Assembly (NCBI GenBank): GCA_030141605.1
Contig: JAQGDQ010000417.1
Span: 124,001-188,000, forward strand
Direction of reading: 5' to 3'
DNA length: 64,000 nt
Source: Tubiluchus corallicola
Lineage: Eukaryota; Animalia; Priapulida
The notes under the pieces were generated by a model. That model ran no database searches. It was not told the DNA's origin and was given only the letters and a program-made list of their open reading frames with translations. A program made the position numbers and the translations under genes. How positions within the stretch are numbered: position 1 is the first letter of the stretch; each line of letters begins with the position of its first letter. Of the stretch, positions 27,742-41,819 are shown piece after piece.

Positions 27742-27921
27742 CTCTTGTCCCGGAACTGGAAGACAAGGACAGACAAAAGCAAGGTGAAAAAGGCAAACAA
27801 CATAAACTCTCTGATGAAGTATTTACTCTTACGTTCCCAAACTCGCCGTTCTCTCTCGGCGGCGACAAACTCTTCTTCCGGGGGTCTGTATGCTCGTCGC
27901 CGCTCAAAGATGGACTGAAAC
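27742..27921 (-). CDS. Polycystin-1-like exon (TM6/S1)
   Basis: YRPPEEEFVAAERERR...IREFMLFAFFTLLL...RD; phases 2/2 fit. Confidence 0.88.
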
Positions 27922-28265
27922 CTGAACATAAATAAAATTGTAAAGTGGAACTTAGTCTTTAAGTATACATCAAAACAACATGTGGCGGTGTCAACAGCAA
28001 GGAATTTCTTCAAGACAAACATTAATACGAAATAGTAAACGTTTATTAATAGCGCTACCACCTCTGTCGCCGGCTTTGTGGGCACCATGTCTGGCAATAA
28101 GCACAGAATCAAGTGGAATTTTTAAGCTGTGCTGATCGCTGCGCAAAACTTGTTCCCATGCCGTTCACAATTGCAATCTATTGTTGGACCAGCATCGTAT
28201 ACTCCGGCTGCTCATTATTAGCTGGGCTAAAACAGGCAACATTTGTACAAACAAATAATTCATAC

Positions 28266-28870
28266 CTCTCATACTCGCCAATGTCTTCTTCCTTATCCCG
28301 CACGTAAGGCTCTATGGGTACGTTATTTAAAGTATGCTGCACCTCAGCCGGTTCCTTGAACATAAGTGACAAAAGTACCGCGTAGAGCACAACTTTCACA
28401 GGTTCAATAATGAAAATTGTCTGAAAGAACGACACCAGCATGGAAATCAACCAATCAGTGCTTTTCTTATAACCGTATTTCAGACCGTACAGCATGACTA
28501 GATAAGAGGAAATGAGGCAAGTGACGATGACGATCACCCATCCTATATAAACACACCACCAAGGTAACAGATTCCCCGGTCCCGCCTCGACGGTAAAGAA
28601 ATTTCTCATGGCTGAAGGCAATTTTGAAGCCTCTCTCCGCACTTTTGCTTCCTGTATCAAATCATAGCTCCGCTCCTCAACTATGGTGTCTCTTTCTCTC
28701 AGGAACAACGTGACCATTTGCTTCTTCCTCGTTTCCTCGAGTTCTCTTAACAATTCTTCAGAATCAGCCTTTGCTTCGTAAAGCCACAAAAGAATTGCTT
28801 TCATGCTGTCATCGGTTTTTGTAATGTGCCGATTTAGATAGTCCACGGACAATTCAAACTCTTGGTCAAC
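28266..28870 (-). CDS. Polycystin-1-like exon (TM4-TM5)
   Basis: LPWWCVYIGW...VMLYGLKYGYKKSTDWLISMLVSFFQTIFIIEPVKV are hallmark PKD1-family motifs. Confidence 0.93.
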
Positions 28871-29784
28871 CTGAAAAGATAAAGCCGCTTTAGTGCCAAA
28901 ATGTATTGGCTAAAGGTGGATAAAATCTTCGGCTAAATAAAGAAAAAAGTTCGGTCAAGTTGACAGACTGGACACTGTACATTCATATCTCGGTTTGCTG
29001 GTTATCGCCTTTATGGATATCGGACAAAATCTGGTCTGTTAAAAATTCCTGCATGCTATTGACTTTTCCTTTAAAATGTCAAATGTTTGAAGTTCATAAT
29101 TTTGACAAAGGCAATGATAATTTTGATGATTTAATGCAAACCTATAAACTACAAAATTTACTAATCTGCAAAGGAGCAGCCACCTCTGAAATGAACTTAC
29201 AGCTATTAAAAACTTAAAACACAAGAACACCCTTCACTTATATAAGCTTTAAACTTAAAAAATTTGTATCTTGAAATTTTATATCACTTATATGTTGTAC
29301 CATTGCATACAGAGCTTGCATTAGCAGTAACAATGTACAAAATTTGTAAATTTGAACTCCCACGATGACCACTAGGCGCAGTCATTTTGACGGTAAGTCA
29401 TATGGAATAGTAGAGATAACATTGCGCAAAGTTTGAAAAAATAACCAGAGCAATCTAGCAAACTCTTCAATAAATAAGCAAGAGCTTAAATTACTTTATC
29501 TTTTCAGTAAAATTATAAATATGTATTTTGTGAGTCAGTGGTGCACACTGGGAAGTGTAAGTTAAAGCAATATAACTTTGTGTAGAAAAGTTTTCTTTAA
29601 AACTCCCTTTAAAATTGTCTTTTCTTCCCGTTAAATTAAAAATTCGGTGAAAGAAAGAAACTAACTCTGAATTTTGTCAAGGTCTAAACAATTGTGGCCA
29701 AGAGTGATTTGAACTCACACAAATACGGGTTTGTGGATTCAACACTTATCAAATCACTCACTCCAGTAAATACAAAAAGCTCAC

Positions 29785-29938
29785 CGCAGGTTCGTCTTCC
29801 ACGGTAGAATCTACCGATGATCTGGTTAATGAAGAGCGTTTTATAGAGGAACTTGACAGTCGTCGAATAGAATCTGACGAAAATCGTCTAGATCTCTCTC
29901 TAAACGTTCGTGGCTGCTGTCCAGTAGTTGCTGATTCT
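29785..29938 (-). CDS. Polycystin-1-like exon (R/S-rich loop)
   Basis: ESATTGQQPRTFRERSRRFSSDSIRRLSSSS...EDEPA; GTTTTAG / GTGAG; phases 2/0 fit. Confidence 0.75.
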
Positions 29939-30086
29939 CTAAAACTAAAAAGAAATAAATATGTTAATGATATATAATGAAGTACGTAATTATAAGGGAC
30001 CAAGGTTTCTTGATTAAAAGTGTAGATACACAAATCATTCAATAATTGTAATTAATAAATAGTATTATCGCTAATAATAGTATATA

Positions 30087-30518
30087 CAGTCAACCCTAAT
30101 TAAACCGGACTAATTGGGGGGGGTCCAGTTTAGCCGATTGTCCGATTTATCCGATATGCCTATATATGGTCTATATTATACAGGAATAATCACCTTAATA
30201 AGGCCTATATACATTGCACTATATACCGTGCAATGTATACTATACTGTATATTACTTTAAAATAGTTAACCCGTGAGGATAAAGAAATTAGTGAGTGCTT
30301 TCGATGGGGTAAGCAAACTGAATTTTGGCGGGAATCGTAGCAGCCTGGGCGGCACCGCGAGCCGCTTCGGCCCATCAATGGCTTGTGGTGAGTAGGTTGG
30401 CCGTGCTGTGTTTAGCGCTCCGGCTCGGTCGGAAATCGGTCAGTTTCCTTTACCACGGATGATGTCCGTCTTATCCAATATCCGGGCTAACAGGGTCCGG
30501 TTAAATGAGGGTCGACTG
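30087..30518. mobile_element. pogo/Tigger-type MITE
   Basis: TA|CAGTCAACCCTAATTAAACCGGAC ... GTCCGGTTAAATGAGGGTCGACTG|TA. Confidence 0.85.
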
Positions 30519-31402
30519 TAGTTATTTTTTGAATAAAATAGTATATTTTTCAGTAAAATATAACTTTACAGTCGAATCACGATAATACGATTCTGCTTAC
30601 AATAAAATTCTCAGTAGTATGACTATTTTATTATGTCCCTGCCTGTCGCAGATGTGAGCATTTAATTTACAGTTTATTATTAATTTTGATTTGTAGTTTT
30701 AAACTTTAGTCTTTCATTACCGCTAAGTCAGTGCTGACATCTGTTTGTACCCTTGGAAGTTTCCAATATATGTATGTACTTGCTACTGCTATATGTTTGT
30801 ATGGAACTGGGTTACTGGGCTTCTCTGTGAATGCAGTAGTTTTTCACACTTGGTAGCAAGATGAGAGGACAGGCAATAGGGTTAAACAGTTGTGTGGTTA
30901 TAATAACGTTTTGACCCAATGATATATTGGCTGGTGGATTTACTCTAACTTTTACTACTGTTGATTATGTTTACCATTTTCTTGTATATGTGGATTGACT
31001 ATGAGACTATGATTTTGAGTAAAATACAGATTGCAAAGTTAAACCAATGTGGACTGACTATGAGATTATGATTTTGAGTAAAATACAGATCACAAAGTTA
31101 AACCATGTTTTCATCCAGTGATTACATCTGTTTAACACGAACATCGCAACTTCAAAAACAGTCTGATAAACCTGCCAATGTCGGTTGTTGATGACCAATG
31201 ACCACTAGACGCAGTCATTTTGACGGCAAGTCATTTGGAATAGTAGAGATAACATTGAGCAAAGTTTGAAAAAATAACCAGAGCATTCGTAGCAAACTGT
31301 TCACTAACTAAGCAAGAGTTTAAATGAGTTTAAAAAAGTACGAAAAACAAAAACGTTTTTCCATATACGTAAACAACATTGACTGTGCTAACTAAATCTC
31401 AC

Positions 31403-31527
31403 TGCAAATACTTGTCAGGTTTATTGGTTTGGCGATTCGAAGCTTCTCTCGAAGGCTTTTTCAAACTCCGGCGATGTCCTTTACTTTGAGACACAGACGA
31501 CAAAGTACTCTTGTGTTTAACAGAATC
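31403..31527 (-). CDS. Polycystin-1-like exon (basic/Ser-rich loop)
   Basis: DSVKHKSTLSSVSQSKGHRRSLKKPS...KYL; TTTTTAG / GTGAGA; phases 0/2 fit. Confidence 0.7.
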
Positions 31528-31609
31528 CTAAAAATAACAGATTAGTAATTAGTAATTAAGACGGAATACCCGAGAAGAATGATTCAGTCCTAATTCTGCA
31601 AACATAGAA

Positions 31610-32005
<396 letters not shown>

Positions 32006-33213
32006 CTCACTTACTCATCAAAAAATACCAATAACCATAAGATCAATAATTATATATAATTTAGCAGTTTTTACACTACAGCATTGCAGTAATTTTTAAC
32101 TAATTTGTAATTTAACTAAATAACCAATTTTAAAAGTAATAAAAGAATATACATACATTATTCCCCCCAAATCATGAGTTTTCAAAACACACAACACGAA
32201 AATATTTTAACGGCTTATAAACTCCACTGGGTTAACAAAATTCAGTCTACTCCACCAGATCAGACATGATCATGTGATCATGCTTAAAAATCGCCACAAG
32301 CAGACAACAAGAGAAGGCTGCTAAGAACGCTAATGCTAAATTTCCAGCACAGTTGAGAATCAGACATTTGAATTAATTATTTACAATCTTAGCTTCAAAA
32401 TTACCACTTGATGAATTAAACCTGGAGCACAGCCTGGATTGACTATGACTGGAAAAACTATGGAGAACTTGTCCATGAATTTATACCAGCTTCTTAAAAT
32501 ATGTTATTATTTCTGAACTATCCTGTATACTACCCAATTGGGTTAAAGGAAAACAGGATGATTTTTCATATCCTACATAATTTTGAAGTACGGAGAAATG
32601 TATAAATTTCAACATCTATAATAATGCCAAAGCTTTTTTTACGACAAATAATAGCTCAAAAACGGAATAAATGGCGGGCATATCTTCAGTGATTTGCATC
32701 ACAAACTAACATAATTTTCAACAGCACAAACATTTCAGGAGCGTGTTGCACGTGTTTGCGAAAGTGAAAATTGAAGTACAGTGCTACTGCAACAGATTCA
32801 GTGTGTTCTGATAAAACTAGGCGAGTTTTAAGATAAAAATTCAAATTCAAATTTACTGCTGTGCTCACAAAAGAGATATCAAACGTGTGTTGTTCGTCAT
32901 AAACTAACACACCTAAACTGAAAGGTACAGCACCTGTTTCTTTTGCAATGTGTTTCTGAAATGCAGGCGCTATTGCCGTCTAACTTCCAAATAGTGAAAT
33001 GCATGTAACAGTGAAGAACTAGCGGCGCGAATATGAAATTGTGTTTGTGCAGTTATAATTCTTTCATGTAAGCCTTCCTGGGAAAAATAGTTTGTTTCCT
33101 TTCAGTATTTTATAGAATAGATTGTTTTGAGCTGCAGTTTAAGATTGGGTCCTGCTGTCCTTAAGTTTATTTAATAAGTGAATAAATTAGTAATTTTGTT
33201 AAAAAGCCGCTAC

Positions 33214-33319
33214 CCAATCAGATATTTTCTCCACTTCCTCATCTTTGTTTTCTAATGAATGAGGTGCAGTAATGTAGACAGAAGATCCGTTCTGCGTCTC
33301 CTCTTGGTTTTCTTCATCC
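33214..33319 (-). CDS. Polycystin-1-like exon (acidic cytoplasmic loop)
   Basis: Open frame DEENQEETQNGSS...EKISDW; phases 2/0 bridge the neighbouring exons exactly. The donor GTAGCG is weak. Confidence 0.65.
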
Positions 33320-34335
33320 CTACAAGAAGACGAATGTAAATAAAGGGGGAACTATCCGAGATTTAATGATTGCAAAAACACGGGGATACTGGACGTTTAA
33401 GTTTAACATTCTAGTGCGGTTTTCAAACAATCGGTCTGCAGAACAGGCGATCTAAGTGATGGTGCATTGTTTATTAATTAACCCTTTCACTACGGAAGGT
33501 GGCACACTGCCGCCTATGTTTTTCATGCAAGGGACGGAAGGCGGTAGACTGCCGCCCAAGTTCAGCACTGAGTGCAGTCACCCGGGTCTGTTTATTTCAC
33601 TGCTACGGCCATTGTAGAAACATTGTAGAAAAGTTTGACAGTAGTGGGGTTGGAGTTGTTTCACAACGAGTAATGCTAACCAGCCAATCAGAACCAACTT
33701 CATATCAACTTCTTTTCGAAAATGTAGTGACATATGTTGGTCATCATATTGTGATCTATGATAACAAGACTTCATAATTCACTACATGTCGTAACTAAAA
33801 AAAATTATAAAAAAAGAAAAGAAAGAAAAGCGTAAAATGAAACACTTAGCAACAGTTTATAACTGACACTTACGCGTTGAGTCAAAATGCAAACCAAGGG
33901 GTTCAACCAAAAATTACTGAATCACGACTGAGTTAATAACAGCAACCAAGAAAAACAAAATGAAACCGAAGCCGAACATGGCCCAGAATGCACTGCCCTC
34001 GAATCTACAAGAACTGGTTACACGCTCGAGAAAATTGGCCTAGAAAACTGAGCTCTGATTGGCTCACGCAATTTTACACTCAATACACTACAATTTCACG
34101 AAGCCCGTGGTTTCTGAGAAGGTCTAATCCTGCGAGCCGCTACAATATGAACTTCTTTTCGAAAATGCAAAGTGACATATCTTGGTCATCATATGTGCCT
34201 GTTATTGTCAAATAGTTATTTTTAATTAATTTATTAAAATAACTATTCATTTCATTACTTGAGTTAATCTCTTACTACTGGTATTTTTGCATAAACTGTC
34301 ATGCATAAAGATAGCCACATAAGAATACAACTTAC

Positions 34336-34468
34336 GAATGAGAATCAGTTACTATATAATTAGATGCAGGCTGTTCCGGTGAATCCTCGGTTGGTCGCTG
34401 CTTGGAACCACGGAAAATTTGTATGATTATAAGATTAATTGGAAGTACAACTAGCAAACTGGAAAAAC
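34336..34468 (-). CDS. Polycystin-1-like exon (TM3)
   Basis: GFSSLLVVLPINLIIIQIFRGSKQRP has the family P.N..I..IFR motif; TTTTGCAG / GTAAGT boundaries. Confidence 0.88.
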
Positions 34469-35384
34469 CTGCAAAATAAATAACGAAAATAGAGAAAACA
34501 GTAATAAAATGGACTACAAATCTCGAACTTCAGTTTGTGTTCCCTTCTGGGAAAAAAGAAATTAAGCAAATCCCGGCAATAAAGCAATGAGTTTTAACTA
34601 AAATGCATCATAATTAAATCCGCCATCGATATTAAGTTTTTATCGCCATTGCTAGTTTGTTAGGTTTTACACAAAAACAACTTTCAAAGCAGAACAAAGG
34701 AATTGGATTTCAGCACAAGAAGTATAATATTTATTTATTCATTTATTATTTATTTATTTATTTATTTTCACCAAGTAAACTACAAACTACAAATAGAAAT
34801 TTACAACATAGCTGAAAAAAAAACAACACAAAAAATTAATATATTTGAACTACAAATAGTAAAGCCGTGTGGCTGAGGAGATCCAAAAATGGCAAAACAG
34901 CCACATAAATTAAAGGCAACCGCAGGAAAAAAAGGAAAAGGAGAAAGAGAGGGAGGGATGAAAACAATGAAAAAGAAGAAAGACAGAGAAACAGAAAGAG
35001 TAAGTCGATGTGAAAACCGGTGTTGTGCCAATGATATTAATAATAAAATAATAACAACGATGCCAATGATATTAATAATAAAATAATAATAAAGTCATTA
35101 TCACCATTAATATATTTTCAAGCTGAATTGACAAAATTTGTGTGAACTCACATAGTGCCATAAAGACAGCATATATAACAATTACGTATGTGACAAAAAT
35201 TAGTGTATGTATTAATGAAAAACATTTTGCAATAGCGTTTAAACGCATGGTAGCTGCAGCCTTATCAGTAACATATTGAGGTATGTCACTGATGAGGGAA
35301 TTTTTTTTTCAAAATCTCATTCCACCTGTTGTAGGCATTGAGGTATTTATTAGTATTCCACCCACTCCTATATGCAGCTAACAG

Positions 35385-35625
35385 CGTAAATTCTTCTACT
35401 CTTAAAGACAGATTTGGCTGAAGTTGTCGAACATCTTTATTTATCTTAGCCATCCAAGTTGTTTTAGGTTTACCAGGTGGTTTTTTGCAAGGTTTTAAGG
35501 CTTCCTTTAAGGTGATTCTTACTGTTGCTTCATTTGGTAATCTTAGAAGATGTCCTAGCCATCTTATTCTTCGGAACTTGACTTTTGAACTCCAACAAAT
35601 TTCTTTTGTTCTGGTGTATAAATCT
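35385..35625 (-). mobile_element. RTE-like non-LTR retrotransposon 3' remnant
   Basis: The minus strand translates RRIRWLGHLLRLP...KKPPGKPKTTW, like the R.RW.GH..R...GRP..TW tail of RTE-type ORF2. Confidence 0.7.
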
Positions 35626-36177
35626 TCATTTTATACGAGAGAATAAATAGTTTATTTCAGAGATCGTTTTGCAAAAAATGAGCGTATAGCCGGTGGTCAG
35701 ACCGAATCTCCACCACGAGTGATAATAAACTAAGTATGCTGAATATCCTGTTTCATTTCTCAGTATCGTGAGTTTTATGAGAAATCGACGAGGAATACTG
35801 TTGTGGAGATCGCTGGCATCTATTAGAATTAAATAGAACATTGTAGAATGTTCCGTTAGAATAATCGTCTTACCTTGTAGAATGTTCTAGAAAGAAACAA
35901 CTAGAATGTTCCCTGGCATCCTATATAAGGCAAAGTAGGCCGCTGAGAGACACACGCAGATTCACACGGACGCCACTTACACATTCTCTTGTATACCTGT
36001 ATTTTCAGATACACTTAAACGATTTTCCAGATTTTCACGTTTACTGTAATCATTTCGCATTACTGCATACTTTTGCGGTGTAGAATTCTCGCTTAATAAA
36101 CTAGTTTAATTTGACGAAGTGTTCTCTGGTTTTCTCTACGAGCCTTCCGAGAGAAACAAAACACAACAAACACGTAC

Positions 36178-36313
36178 CTATACGAACGTGTGCCCAAGAA
36201 AACGCGATTTCGCCAATGGAAACCTGATCTTCTGGATTATCAGTAGGAATGCCGTAGTACATTATGTTGCTCAACATGGTAGTGAGCATCAGAGAGAGGG
36301 CACAAGATAATCT
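36178..36313 (-). CDS. Polycystin-1-like exon (TM2)
   Basis: RLSCALSLMLTTMLSNIMYYG...FSWAHVRI(G), continuing the FTRVQ|RLSC motif. Confidence 0.9.
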
Positions 36314-36599
36314 CTACAAACAAGCAGAAAACAATTAAACAAACGAGAACATATCCATCACTTGTTAGAGGTTACGTTATGTTTTCCTGAATAAATTACA
36401 GATAGTTTGCATGAAGTATTCTGACACCTTAACGAAGGTAATAATTATAGCCTATGGTCGCGTTGTGGGCCATTACTGGCATTATGGCATGTACGGTATT
36501 GGCCCAGTACAGGCAAGCCAAAACCGGTAATTGGACCAGTAACTTGCCTGTACCACGTCAGATCCGTCATGTTTACTGACCCAATTCTGGGTGCCAGCA

Positions 36600-36863
36600 A
36601 TAGCCCGGCATGGAACCAGTTATTGTGCCGGAATTGGCTGTATTAAGGCTTCATTAAGGCCCGACTCAAGCAGCCAGCGCTGGCCCAGCATGGAACCAGT
36701 TACTGTGCAAGAATTGGCTGTATTAAGGCCCGACTCAAGCAGCCAGCGCTGGCCCAGCATGGAACCAGTTATTGTACTAGAATTGGCTGTATTAAGGCTT
36801 CATTAAGGCCCGACTCAAGCAGCCAGCGCTGGCCCAGCATGGAACCAGTTACTGTGCAAGAAT
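36600..36863. repeat. GC-rich tandem repeat of about 70-80 bp, about 3 copies
   Basis: ATTAAGGCCCGACTCAAGCAGCCAGCGCTGGCCCAGCATGGAACCAGTTA x3. Confidence 0.85.
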
Positions 36864-37505
36864 TATGAATCAGTAGAAATATGAATAAAACACACAAAAC
36901 GTTTCATTTGAATGATTTAAGCAGCACTGAGGCATTGATCTTTGGTTCGGGAACGTATCTCAATTCGTTTACATTACTTCCTCTGTGAATGTTTTGGTTT
37001 CGTTTAACGATGTTTTGTTTAATGTCGAATTTTGCTGGAAAGCATTACCGTCATCAAGAGAGGACTTACTGTAATATCAAACAAATGATGAAAGACTAAT
37101 ATAACCAATAACACTAACCTGTGCATTTAGTGCATAAAATATGTGAAGTCTGTATACCTGTCTTCCATGTAACCAGCAGCCAATACTAACAGCACAAAAT
37201 GTCAAATAATAAAATGGTAAAAAGATAATAATGAGAATAATGCACACTGGACTCTTGCAGTAAATTTAGTATGTTTAGTAACATTTTCCACTGGCATGCT
37301 TGTGAGTAAATTTTGTTACACTACAGCAGCTGTCAGCTAAGAAAATGAAAGAAGTGCCGACTGGCCGTTGCAAGGAGGGGCCCCGCTGGTTGACTGACAT
37401 TGATTGATTGATTGCATATTTCACCTGTGCTAGCTGCCATTTTGTGCAGCCAAGATTTGCTTAGATGCTTAAAATCACTGTTGCTAACTATATAAAATTT
37501 AGTAC

Positions 37506-37613
37506 CTGGACACGTGTAAAAGTGCTTCTAGGTGGACGCCAGAAGATGCTTGCCCAGAGATGGGTATCTCTAATGCCTTCCATTGCGTTGCTTCCAAACA
37601 CGTGTCCGAATTT
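37506..37613 (-). CDS. Polycystin-1-like exon
   Basis: Not in the ORF track. ...DTHLWASIFWRPPRSTFTRVQ is the conserved PKD1-family HLW.S...RP..S.FTRVQR motif. Confidence 0.92.
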
Positions 37614-38559
37614 CTACACCCAAAAAATGAAATCACTTTAATAAGTTTTGATCTACTACCCAATAAAAAGGTCTACTGACTGCAAACAGTCGTAGCAAGA
37701 TCAACACTTGCTTCATCATTAGCGGTGGTCCTCTAGGATGGAACACAGAACAGACAGACATTTCCCAGGCGTGGATGGACACATGTACAATTGTACAGCT
37801 TCTATCAGCAAAAGAAATATCAGAGGCATGTACAAAACAACACAAGAGCAGTTTTCCCAGTGGCCGTCCCTACATTTACTTGCACAGGCTTTGTGTTGCT
37901 TAGCATAGTTTTCTGTGTCACTCCAAAAGTACTCACAGTGTACCAAAAGTGTAATAAGCTACTAATAAAGAAAAACGGTTAACTTGCCCTTTAACAAACA
38001 AAACGGATATAAGTGCAACAACACTATTTAAATTGTTTGTTTGAGTTTAAAAAAAAACGCTAAGAAATGGTGTGTAGTGTTTTAAGATAACTATGTACAT
38101 CCACATGGCATTCTGAAACCCAGAAATCCAGGCTGGAGTCTTTGGACACGGGAATACTCAATCCAAAGTGACTAAAGACTAATGCCAAATAAAAGCGTTG
38201 ACAAAATGCAAATGCAAACAACTTTTTTGTCCCACTTACTAAGAAATTTTCAATATTTATAATTTTTCGCATTTCATATGTGTTCTAATACTGATACTTT
38301 TTCCATATGCTGTACCAAAGATGGTCAAGACGGTCACAACCACATTACTGACGGGGGGAGGGAGGTCTGGTTCAGCGTCAATGATAAGTGATCGCCATAT
38401 TGCAGGAATAAGTTGGACAGTTTTTGCTACTGCACCAAGGTGTCAGGCAACTTTTTGGAAATATTACTGTACCTGTGTTGGTTAGGACGAAAAATTAGGA
38501 ACAGAAATGTGCATGTCTATACACCAAGAAAGAGGTAAATGATTATTATTTGCAATGAG

Positions 38560-38880
38560 GGAGGTCAGTTTTTAGATATTCATCAAAGGTTATTGAAAGA
38601 GTAAATAGTACAAAGTGTTCTTAAAGCTAAAAGATACTAATTTTCCAAATATTGTGATTTGTTTACTAACGTTTTATTATTCGCAACAAAACTTGTTAGT
38701 GAGGCGGAGAAATTTCAATTCGCTACTGTTTAGAGTCGGAAATGGGGTTCGTCAAGGTGTGAAAATGTCGCCTATTTTATTTATTCAACACTTTCACGAC
38801 TTAAGCACAGATGTTTGATCAATTGATCCTTGCATTAATCACTTAATGTTTGCGCATGATGGGTGTTTGTTACAAATGGT
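38560..38880 (+). mobile_element. Degenerate LINE reverse-transcriptase remnant
   Basis: FRVGNGVRQGVKMSPILF and then INHLMFAHD (decayed FADD), with stops and frameshifts. Confidence 0.7.
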
Positions 38881-38928
38881 GAAAAATGTTGATAAAACAA
38901 AAAACTTCTACTATTACTCAAATCCTAC

Positions 38929-39067
38929 CCGAAGCATTGTAGGAGGAGACACACTTAGTTCCGTGTGAACGGTCTGTAAGCCAATGTCAACAGCTAACCA
39001 ATTATTGCAAACAAAACAAAAAGCTTGGTTAGTTTGCATGTCCCGAATGACAACATGGGCCAAGAAC
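38929..39067 (-). CDS. Polycystin-1-like exon, PLAT C-terminal half
   Basis: Not in the ORF track. (W)FLAHVVIRDMQTNQAFCFVCNNWLAVD; the phase completes TG|G = Trp with the previous exon. Confidence 0.9.
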
Positions 39068-40258
39068 CTAAAAAAACACAGAAACAGCAATTCAACCTGA
39101 TATTACGTGTCATGTGAATACACACTCGATGTGAACCTGCCTTTAGCACAAAGTATATACTTGGCTTTTAAAAATCTGATTTGTCATCCAATATACAAGA
39201 AATTCCACAATTGGCTAGAAGCTTTGCCCAGGGGCCTATAATGCTGTGAAAACGGTTCTGTGTACCGTTCTGTTCAAACAGTTTGTTATTCGTTTTAAAG
39301 CACAAAAGCCAGTATCAGCAAAAATACAGTACAAAATGCAGTTAATTTTCACTAACATAATTTTTGTATCAAATTCATAGCAATTCTGATAATTTTAAGT
39401 ATTTCTAACAGATTTTATAGAAATGTACATAGACGCACAATAGGTGATAATGATATTTATTAATTAGATCACGACTGTGAGTGACAGAATGTTCATAAAC
39501 AGTTGCGGGTAACGAGTTGAACAAGGGAGACTGGCAAATTATGCAATGTTAAACTGCGGTATTTAATTGTAAAACTTTAAACGAAAAATCAGACGATTGT
39601 GTAAACACGAGTTCAGAATAAATAATGCTCTAACATATTGAAAACTACAATAGCTTATTTTGAACGAAAGCTTAGATTAAATAATAATTGCCTCGGATAC
39701 TCAAATTTTGTTAAACTTTGAAAGCTACACGTGGCTCAGTGAACCTATTAAGATTGGCAGTGGCTCCTTTTTGTCACATTCACGTGGCCGACAAATAGTA
39801 GGCGGTACCATGATAACCATGATCATGAACTGCTGTGTTAGTTTCATGACGTTATATGATGTAAAGCCCATTTTTCGTGACATCATGCATTTAAGCAGTA
39901 CTGTAACACTTATGCAAATGTGCTTAACGCACAAGAGAAGACGCCTGCCATTGCACAAACTGTGGTTAGTTTCTGACGTAAGCAATAGCTGTGTTCGGTT
40001 ATCATTAATTAACTTTCTAAGCTAATTATTCAAATACAAGAAACAATTGTTAACTTTTATAGGCAAGAAAAATATATTTTGAACAGTAAATTAAAATGAG
40101 ATTGAGTATAAAAAATCGTCCAGTCTTCCTTTAAGAATGCATTCAAGCAAGACACTAAAGTATTCAATACAGCACACAGAAAGCATGGTTTTCTTTCGCC
40201 ATTGAGAAATTTATCTATGCAAGAGCGCATAACCGCGCATTAAACCACAAACATTTAC

Positions 40259-40418
40259 CAGTCCGGAGAATTGCCGGAATTGTCGTGCCACAGCTCGATG
40301 GCCACTAACTCTCCAAGAGCATGCGGTGTCGTCATCAGAAACCAATCCTGAGTGCCAACATAAAATGTTCGTCTGTTGCTGTCAAACAGCCTGGTTGGTA
40401 AGCTGTTTCCATTTTTGC
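40259..40418 (-). CDS. Polycystin-1-like (PKD1L2/PKDREJ-type) exon, PLAT/LH2 domain; most 5' exon visible
   Basis: GKNGNSLPTRL...DWFLMTTPHALGELVAIELWHDNSGNSPD(W) is the polycystin PLAT signature WHDNSG..P.W. It starts in phase 1 mid-domain. Confidence 0.9.
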
Positions 40419-41106
40419 CTAAAATGAAAGACAGAGACATTTTTCACTGGTGCCTGAGTTCAAGGCATTTGGGCAACGCAGACCCTAATTATATTTGTAA
40501 TTTTCAATTTGTCAATAATGCTATTATCATCATCAGTATTTGTCATTGGAAAAGAACTGCCACGTTATCTGATTTTTGCATCACACATGACATGTAAATA
40601 CGTGGTAAATAACGATGATATGTACCCATCTTATTTTATTCTATTTTCTGAGTTCATAACTCTTTAATGGACATTTTTGAAAACGTGCTTATGAGGAACA
40701 TCTTTCAGAAATGTCTATGAATGTAGCAAATAAACCGAGACGGCTGAATTATCGAATTCCTGAAGGTCTGCTTCATCCAAACAAATCCACTTGTCTACCT
40801 TCTGTGGAGCATTTCAGTTACACCTGGTCTCAGTTTGATATTTTAACCCACTAGACAGACCACAAAAGTCAGTCTAGTTGTAACTCATTTGTTCCAATTC
40901 CATAGAGTGCAAGCTCTTGTTTATCGAATGTCATTTGCTGTCGTTGAACCTCTTTTATTGCTATTTTCTCAGCAAAATAAAATAAATAAGCAGTTTGAAA
41001 TGAACAGGATTCTGCAATATTGCAGGATTTTACTGAACAGCTGAATGATTAGCTCAGTGATAAACAAAAGTGAGAATTACACACCGAATTAAGGTGTAGG
41101 GAGCCG

Positions 41107-41819
41107 AGTAAACCACTAGCCAAAGTAGGACACTTCCGGTAAAACGCATGTGCTAAATTTACGGAAAAGCAGCATCGTACATGGGCAGCCCAGGTAGGGC
41201 GCAGGCGATTTCTGTCGAGAATTATGACATAATCAAACATAAAACTAAATTTGTTTTAGAAAAAAAGAACTTTATAATAATGATGGATAGTCCTTGACAA
41301 TTTACAATGATTATTGTGTTTTTTACAATAATTATTATTATTAGTTCCATAAATATCATCTAATGTTTTAAAGAGAGAAACTATGTAGGGCACATAACTG
41401 GCTAACCCATTTACTTAGTAGAAAACAGTTATCTGCCCAAGAGGTAGTGGAACTGATCACCTGTCTGTGAAGCGACACGGAATGAAAACGATATACCTTA
41501 AGCAAATGTTGGAATCGCCTAAAAACTGGCTTATTTCACTTCAAAAACATTAATATCGAAGCTAAATTTAGTATTGGAAATTTTACTAACTCAAAATAAG
41601 ATTCTTTTATTTTACCAGATATATAATAAATTATTCAACGAATATCGACGTTTTCAATTATTATTATTAAATAAACAAGGACAGCGGGTGCTGCCAGTAC
41701 GGTTAACGATTCAATTTGAGACCTGTCTCTCGTGTCCTACTTGGGCAGCCCATGTACGACGTGTCCTACTTGGGCTAGCCCATGTACGCCAATTGTCCTA
41801 CTTCGGCTAGTGGGTTACT
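41107..41819. mobile_element. MITE with about 26-bp TIRs and internal inverted motifs
   Basis: AGTAAACCACTAGCCAAAGTAGGACA ... TGTCCTACTTCGGCTAGTGGGTTACT; CGTACATGGGC / GCCCATGTACG subterminal motifs. Confidence 0.7.
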
